Under the pieces are notes generated by a model. The model made no database searches. It was given only the letters and a program-made list of their open reading frames with translations, and was not told the DNA's origin. A stretch of DNA of 64,000 nucleotides, from contig QPMI01000056.1 of assembly GCA_004431415.1 (NCBI GenBank), positions 310,001-374,000 on the forward strand, given 5' to 3'. Numbering within the stretch: position 1 is the first letter of the stretch; every line of letters starts with the position of its first letter. The stretch is from Cyanophora paradoxa CCMP329. Taxonomy: Eukaryota > Plantae > Glaucophyta. The position numbers were made by a program, and so were the translations under genes. Positions 57,001-64,000 of this stretch are shown piece by piece.

Positions 57001-59576
57001 GGCGGGGCCGGGGGAGAGGCGGGGCTGGGGAGAGGGCGGGGCCGGGGGAGGGCGGGGCCGGGGGAGGCGGAAGGGCGGGGCGGGGCCCTCCGAAGAGGGG
57101 CTGGGAGAGGGAAGGAGGTCCACGTCCTCTCTTCCCCCCGAAGAGGGCACTCCGGGGGTAGGGAGGTCCGCCTCCTCTCTCCGGGGTCAGCATGCTGCGG
57201 AGACGGCATAAGACACCGAAAACCAGCGATCGCTTGGCCAATGAGAAGGCTGTGGACGTCAAGCCCGCGGCGACCGTTAGAACTGAGAACACAGAAGCGA
57301 TCGCCGGCCCAGCAGCTCTTTGTTAGAGATCGGATCCGCTGGGTATGGCGCCGAACACAAAGCGATCGCCGAGCAATGAGAAGGCTCTATGCGCGGGGCA
57401 GAGATGTAGCGATCGCATTGAATAGAGAATCTCTATGCGAGCATGCCCACAGCGCTACGGGAGGCGGCACGCACTGCAGGCGTTGGCGTTGGCTGGTGCG
57501 ACGAACTTGAAGCAGCTCCTGCGCAAGCGATCGCCGGTCTATGCGCGGGGCAGAGATGTAGCGATCGCATTGAATAGAGAATCTCTATGCGAGCATGCCC
57601 ACAGCGCTACGGGAGGCGGGCACGCACTGCAGGCGTTGGCGTTGGCTGGTGCGACGAACTTGAAGCAGCTCCTGCGCAAGCGATCGCCGGTCAGAGAGCC
57701 TTCTCATCGCTTCGGCGATCGCTAGGCCCTGGTACCGAGTACTCCGGGGCGATCGCTAGCGCGAACCGTCGGACGACGGACGCGGCGCCGGCGATCGCTT
57801 GAAAAAGGCCCCGGCCCGATCCGAGCCCATGGCCGGCGGGCATAGTGAACATAGTGCCAAAATGTCGCCCCGAAAACACGTTTTTTAGCAGGATCGGAAG
57901 ACAGCGCGCCCAGGCAGGTCCGAGGGGCGGTTCCGGACGGACCTACTGGCTCAGAGCTGCTTGCGCTGGGCCCGCCGGGCGACGCCATAGTTGAGAGCTC
58001 GAGTCCCTGCGCGCCGCCTTACAGCTGCCGAGGATGGGGCGACGGCTGCAGAATTCGAAGATGAGTACCTCGGACAAGCGAAAGCGTGTAGCTAGCGCGC
58101 CGCCGGCGCCGCGGGTGAGCCGATGAAGCAAGCGATGTGTACTCCTCGCGTGCGCGGGCGCGGCGAAGACGCCTGCGGGTCGGGCGTGGCGCCGCGGGCT
58201 GAGCACGGCGTGCGCGCGGACAGTGTCGGGCACCAGCGCAGCCCGCGCACCGCAGACACTTCAGATGCGCGCAAGAGACGATGATGTAAAGCTAGCCGCC
58301 GTGAAAGCCTGACGGCAGATGAGCTGGCCGTGAAGGAAAGAATGCGCGGCGGTTGGCTGCGTGAGAGCGGACCGGAAGGGATGCGACGCGACCCGCGCCG
58401 TTGTAGTCTGACATAACGGAGGTGTGTGTAGGCGAAACGAGGGCGTCCCGCGTCCAGCGAAGCCTCCCGAACAGCGCGCGCCACACACACGCGGCGGCCC
58501 ACCGCCAGCGAAGCCGTCGTGGTCTCGAAAGCTCTGAAGCCGTACGGAGAGGTAAGTGAGGGCGCGAAGAACGACATCAAAGACCGAGGATACCAGATCT
58601 CTTTGTGACGGCGATGGCGGACGCCCTGCTTAACGCCGGGCTGGACGCGCTTATAGAGCTGGCGAAAGCGGAACTCGACGATGACGATGATGAAGAACAC
58701 GAGTGTGATGCTATGGTCGAGGAGGAGGCCGTGGCTGTAGTCGGGTGTAGCAGCCAAGGCGGCGGAGCTTCTGGCGCAGGCGAGGCGGTCGCCTGCCACA
58801 AGTAAGACGCAGTACGCAGGTCAGAAGCGAAATGGCCGACCAAGGCAAGCCTGGAAGCTCGAACGACAGGAACGGTGCTTGCTGCTCTTCTGGCGGCCGA
58901 AACGGGTCGGGAACTTGATTAAACATGGCTGCGGTCTATCAAAATGCGCCTCCAATGCTCTATTTAGCGCGCAGGAGCTGCGGGAGCTGCGTCTCGCTCT
59001 CAGAACGGGTACAGGAACGCTTTCGTTTACTCTACCCCTGCTCGAGTTCTCCCCGAGTCAGCAACAGTCACGAGTTCTCCCAACATCGTCCGCGCCCCGG
59101 CTTCGAAGAAGATACAGCGATTTCACAAAGCATTTAACACACTTTCACCAAGTTTCACGTGGGAAGAACGTGCTCGATCGCGCCGCCCAGGCAAGCACCA
59201 GGCACGGGGGGTGGAAGCACTGCCTGGATACTGGCTTTCGCCCATTCATCCGTGTTCAGCGATCGCTTGGCCAATGAGAAGGCTGTGGACGTCAAGCCGC
59301 GGCGACCGTTAGAACTGAGAACACAGAAGCGATCGCCGGCCCAGCAGCTCTTTGTTAGAGATCGGATCCGCTGGTATGGCGCCGAACACAAAGCGATCGC
59401 CGAGCAATGAGAAGGCTCTATGCGCGGGCAGAGATGTAGCGATCGCATTGAATAGAGAATCTCTATGCGAGCATGCCCACAGCGCTACGGGAGGCGGGCA
59501 CGCACTGCAGGCGTTGGCGTTGGCTGGTGCGACGAACTTGAAGCAGCTCCTGCGCAAGCGATCGCCGGTCTCAGAG
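54049..59576. mobile_element. Head-to-tail array of three copies of a GCGATCGC-rich non-autonomous element (units ~54049-54468, 54469-57692, 57693-59576)
   Basis: The same left arm (AGAGCCTTCTCATCGCTTCGGCGATCGC..) and right arm (153-bp unit, 5 copies in total) recur; outer ends TA-CTCAGAG...CTCAGAG-TA. Confidence 0.7.
55655..56832 (-). pseudogene. TCF25: Captured internal fragment (exons plus introns) of a TCF25/Rqc1 gene
   Basis: IYKYSGELDAATELLDRALYCLEAAW|HPQF..CRLDF..EN; LQMLIRGGCSRTSL|ETAKLLLALDP; IDYFALRAR|EYKFL; LRQAVLMYP; no N- or C-terminus. Confidence 0.8.
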
Positions 59577-60243
59577 TAGAGCTCGAGCTTCAGATTCATG
59601 CGATACTGAACCCTTACCCGTTCATTCTGGACGGTGACGCGGAGATCAATCCTATCATCGGGGTAATTGATCTAAATTTCTGTTAGCAATGGCCACGTGC
59701 TGACTAGTACTCGGAGGCCCGTAAGTTGGCCCATCCATTGGCCCGGACCGTTGGCGTCCGTCGCCGTAACGGCCGCCCTCCCAGGAGACTGTTAATGACG
59801 CCATTATGACGGTACCGATGATACTTGACGCAGAATGGACCAATCGCGCAACGCCGGCCAAGCGTTTTTTCTCGCCGTCTAAAAATTCGTGGGCCGACTG
59901 ATTTTCCCCGCCATGAGGCCGGTTTGGGGGGTACACCCTCCGGGCGTGTCGACATCTCATCATAAGCCGGAGCACGCCGCGATGGGCGCCCGAGCGCTGG
60001 GAGCAACGCATATGTGAGCCTCTCTCTTAGTGTGCGACCGTACGAAGTGCAAACTAGCTCCCTATGCGCCTGGAGCACTTTTTCAGCAATCCTGCGAAGT
60101 CCGCTGGGGGAGCCGACATCGACGTTCGACAGCGCAAGCCGATCTGTATGAGCGGCCTGTGAGCGAATCCCTCGCTCCCGGCGGTGCCTCAGCCGCGCGG
60201 ACTCGATCTTGGCGGACCACGAGCGACCGACGGCGCCCCCGGT

Positions 60244-62421
60244 ATGCCGGTACGAGGCCTAGCTGGTGCGCATGGATTGCCCTGCGACAAGTTACGAAGG
60301 GCGTCGCGCGTATGCGCCTCCCTGACCGCGTGACCGCAGAGTTCCTGAGGGACCGCGGTCTCCTCCGGACCGATTCGATAGAGGCGTTGCGAGGCACCTC
60401 TATAGGTGCGGCCTGGCATTTTCCTCTTTAGACGTTCGTCCTGGGTGCCGAAATACGAAGCACGGCTTGCAGGCATCGATGGCTACGTTTGGCTTCGGAA
60501 GCTCCAAATCCGGGAGCCGCTGCGAGAAGCGACGGGCGACGGGTGCGACCCGCCGTGGTGTCCTCGTCGCCTCCCGTTCCGCGGCGGATCGAATCGCGCG
60601 TGCGTGCATGCGTGCAGGTCGCAGGCGCTGCCGGTCGCGCTTTCGGAGCAGCTTCGGTGTTCGAGGAGGCGGGAATCAAGCCCTGCTTCGTGTTTGCGGG
60701 CTGAACATCCCGCGGAAGGAGCGCCCGTTCACGCAGCCCGACGATCGGCTGGCGGCTCGGCAGCGCGCCTGGCAGGAGCACGCGGCCAACAACCTCCGGG
60801 CCGCAGTGGCGCTCTTCTCGCAGTCCGGTGCGGCCCGCGCTTGCCTGCCCGCCCACCCGCTGCGCCGCTGACGTTCGCCGTCAGCTTCGGCCGCGGTGGT
60901 ATCCCCTGATCTCGTCGCTGACGTGATTCGATTCCTGCGGGGTCGCAATGCCGACGCGATCCGCGCGCCGTACCTCAGCTGGGCCCAGGTTCGCCGCCTT
61001 CCCCCCTTTCACCTCGCCTCGCCCGCACCGAGCGCCGCCGCAGCTGGGGTACATGGAGGGCGACGACGTGCGGATGGTGGACGGGGTACACGCGCAGCTG
61101 GAAGTTCTGCTCTTTGGCGCCCGCCGCGTCATCGTCTCGCTCGACCTGGCGGTACCCTGCCCGACCTTCCCCCCCCCCGTCCCTCGCTCACCGATCGCCT
61201 CGTAGGAGGGTACCTTCGAGTGGGTCGACCGCGACACGGTGCTGGCAGCCGCTGGCGCCTCCGCGGATCAATTTCTGGACGCCTGCCTTCTCTCCGGATT
61301 CGATTTCCTGGGCACGTTCCCGCCCCTCGCGGGACACCCCCCCTCCACCGTCCTCCCCGGTGCCCTTCTTCCCCCCACCGCACCGGCACCCCGGTACCCC
61401 CCGACCGCGCTGACGTACCCCCCAGCCGCGATCGACCTCGTCCTGAGGTACCGAACGGGGTACGGCGCCGTGCGGGCCATGATGGGCGGCAACGGGCCCT
61501 CCTCCCCCGGACCGGTACAGTCCACAGCCCTCTCCCAAAACCGTCCTTTTAACGTCGTACCCCCCACCTCAAAATAGCGGCGGGACACGTACACGGACCA
61601 GTTCCTGCGGGCGCGGGCGCTGGTCCAACACCACGTGGTCCTCGAGCCCTCGGGCGCGCGGCCCCTCAACGCCGCGCTCGCCCCCGCGTGCGCCCCACCG
61701 TACCCTCCTCCGAGCCTGAAACCAGAACTAGCGCTCCTTCCACTTTAGGACACAGGACTCCCCTAGCCTTCCCCCTCTCTCGACCTCGCCCCGCCCCCTG
61801 CCTAGCGGCTCTTGACCTCGCTCTTCTCGTTCCCCCACCGGACCCGCCCCATCCCGCCTAGAAACTAGAACTAGGGCAAGGGGACCCGCTCTGCGGCTCG
61901 CCCCTCGTCCTGGCTCCCCCAGCCTAGCCAGCCCCCTCGGCCTCTTTCCCCTCCCCCCCACCCCCCTCCCCCCCCCCTCTCACCCCCCCTCCACGTACAG
62001 GGACCTGGACGAGGTGCTGGGCCCGCGGCTGCCCGACGAGCTCTTCCACCTCCTCGCCGCCGGCTGCCTCGAGGTGATTGATCCTTACTGTTTGATTTTG
62101 ATGCAACATTACGTTACCTTCTAACGTTACGACCTTCTAACGTTACGACATACCTAAGACCTTTAATCTTTTGATCTTTAATGAGACCTAAGACTTTAGA
62201 CGCCGCCGCGGCCGGCTGCCTCGAGGTGATCCATCCCTGGACCTCCAACCTCGCCTCATCCACGCCTCGCCCCTCATCTCCTGGCGCCGCTCACGCTCCC
62301 GCCCCTCCTCCTCCCTCGCCCGCCCTCCCGCAGGCGTCGCTGCTGAGCGCGCTGGTGCTCGGCATGGACCGGGAGTTGCCCCCCCCCGTCGACTCCGAGG
62401 CCTACCGCCGCGCCTCCGCCG
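60244..62421 (+). CDS. MKT1: MKT1-like XPG/PIN-fold post-transcriptional regulator, 5' part only (interrupted at 62439)
   Basis: MPVRGLA|EFLRDRGLL..IEALRGTSIGIDG, EPLREATG, KPCFVFAGL, APYLSWAQ|LGY, FLDACLLSG..TFPPL, DLDEVLGPRLPDELF. Confidence 0.85.
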
Positions 62422-62438
62422 GTGAGTCAAGCATCTAG

Positions 62439-64000
62439 ATAGTGAACATAGTGCCAAAATGTCGCCCCGAAAACACGTTTTTTAGCAGGATCGGAAGACA
62501 GCGCGCCCAGGCAGGTCCGAGGGGCGGTTCCGGGACGGACCTACTGGCTCAGAGCTGCTTGCGCTGGGCCCGCCGGGCGACGCCATAGTTGAGAGCTCGA
62601 GTCCCTGCGCGCCGCCTTACAGCTGCCGAGGATGGGGCGACGGCTGCAGAATTCGAAGATGAGTACCTCGGACAAGCGAAAGCGTGTAGCTAGCGCGCCG
62701 CCGGCGCCGCGGGTGAGCCGATGAAGCAAGCGATGTGTACTCCTCGCGTGCGCGGGCGCGGCGAAGACGCCTGCGGGTCGGGCGTGGCGCCGCGGGGCTG
62801 AGCACGGCGTGCGCGCGGCAGTGCGCATGCGCAGCGGACGGAATTCGCGCGCTGCATGCATGGCCGGGCGCGCGGAAGTTCCTTTTTTTCCTATTCTTCC
62901 CCCTGCGCTTCTCCCCCTGTTCATTCCCCCCCTAAGTTAGCCACCGGTGGCTAACTTGCGATCGAAGGTACAGAGTTCGGCCTCGTGAAATTGATCTCAT
63001 ACAAAACCAACGATGTCGTAGAACCCTAGACTATAGCTGCATGCGGAATCAGGCTATCTGCAGTCCTACAAAAGCCTTGCACCGCTGCAGTAGCCCTTTT
63101 GCCTGCTCTTCGTTCGCGAAGATGTCAGGACGCCCCGCGCGGGGCGCGCGGAACCACTCTGTGGACGTGACCACAAATGGTGCGCATGCTGTCGGATCGC
63201 GCAGGTGGTGGCCACTGCACACCACCCGACCCCAGCGCGCGCGGGGAGAACAGGACCTCCAGGACCCGGTCGACCCAACACTTCGCTTTGAATGTAGACC
63301 CGGCGGTCGTGCGCAGCCCGTTGTTACTTTTGCAAGCGTCTCGACTCGAGCGCCACCTAACAGCATATTGAGAGCAGAATCGCAAGATAAGTTGCAGTAA
63401 GAAATGCACCGAGCTCAAGAATTGCAATTGCTTCAAAGCATTGAGCTCGTCCAGGGTCCGATCCCGGCAGTCAGGGGCGGGAGCTCGACGCTGGCGGCCG
63501 GCTCGTCGTCGTCGAAGAGGGGCCGCCTGTGTAGGGCGGCCCAGCCCCTGGCGCCCTGTGAACGAAGAAGCAAAGGAGAGAGCCGCTCAGGACTCGGAAA
63601 GTAAAGAAGCTCAGAGGAAAGACGCTCGCCTTGTCGGAGTCCCGCCCTCCCCCGCACCCCGGAGTCGGGCTTGACGTTGTAGTTCTCGAGGAGGGGGCGG
63701 ACGGCGCCGGGGTACATGAGGACCGCCTGCCGCAGGAGGGCGGCGGCGAGGGCCGCGGCAGAGGGCGGGGCGGCGCCGGCGAGGCGGGTCCAGCGTGTGC
63801 GAGAAGAGGCGCCGGAGGACCTGCCGCGCTTCAGTCTTAGAGGAGATTCGGAGGGGCGCAGGGCACCGGCTCGTCGACGGGCGCGGCGCCGCCGTCCCGC
63901 GCCACGCGCATGAGCGCGTACGCTGCGAGCCCGGCTCGGCGCCAGGAAAAAAGGGGGGAGAGGCTAAGTGGGGGTACCCGAGGAGTTGAGGGCGATGGGG
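62439..64000. repeat. Near-identical duplicate of ~54618-56169, including part of the TCF25 fragment; runs off the window
   Basis: Colinear identity with 54618 onward, differing mostly by 1-bp homopolymer indels. Confidence 0.92.

Overview
GC-rich eukaryotic nuclear DNA with many short (~50-100 nt) GT-AG introns, probably a photosynthetic protist. A glaucophyte-like alga is suggested by Phe-motif transit-peptide-like N-termini; this is inference only. Layout: (1) 1-7 kb is a nest of MITEs (TA-TSD, 8-bp-TSD hAT, and a 3-bp-TSD 'CGCTA' family). (2) 7.4-31.7 kb is a compact host gene block: a hypothetical plastid-type protein, an aldo/keto reductase, QTRT2, the ADP/ATP carrier, a VWA7-N/Het-C-like protein, a CEP164-like double-WW protein, a DnaJ-type zinc finger, RRS1, mL43, an MBOAT wax-synthase-like protein and a GH31/MYORG-like hydrolase. 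(3) 32819-52031 is the main finding: a 19.2-kb DNA transposon with imperfect ~30-bp TIRs and an exact 6-bp TSD (CTCAGT). It encodes an apparently intact IS3EU-type DDE transposase plus about 8 intron-containing cargo genes. These include RING + tandem PHD, a Ulp1-type SUMO protease, a viral/bacterial-type SET methyltransferase, a CW-like zinc finger, an Ada-like Zn domain and a truncated non-catalytic transposase paralog. A 1.3-kb palindrome with ~180-bp-spaced motifs sits at the element's midpoint. (4) 52-64 kb is a second TE nest, including a head-to-tail array of a GCGATCGC-rich element carrying a captured TCF25 fragment, and an MKT1 gene interrupted by another copy of that block. All calls come from reading motifs by eye, with no database searches. 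Scattered 1-bp homopolymer indels suggest long-read assembly errors.
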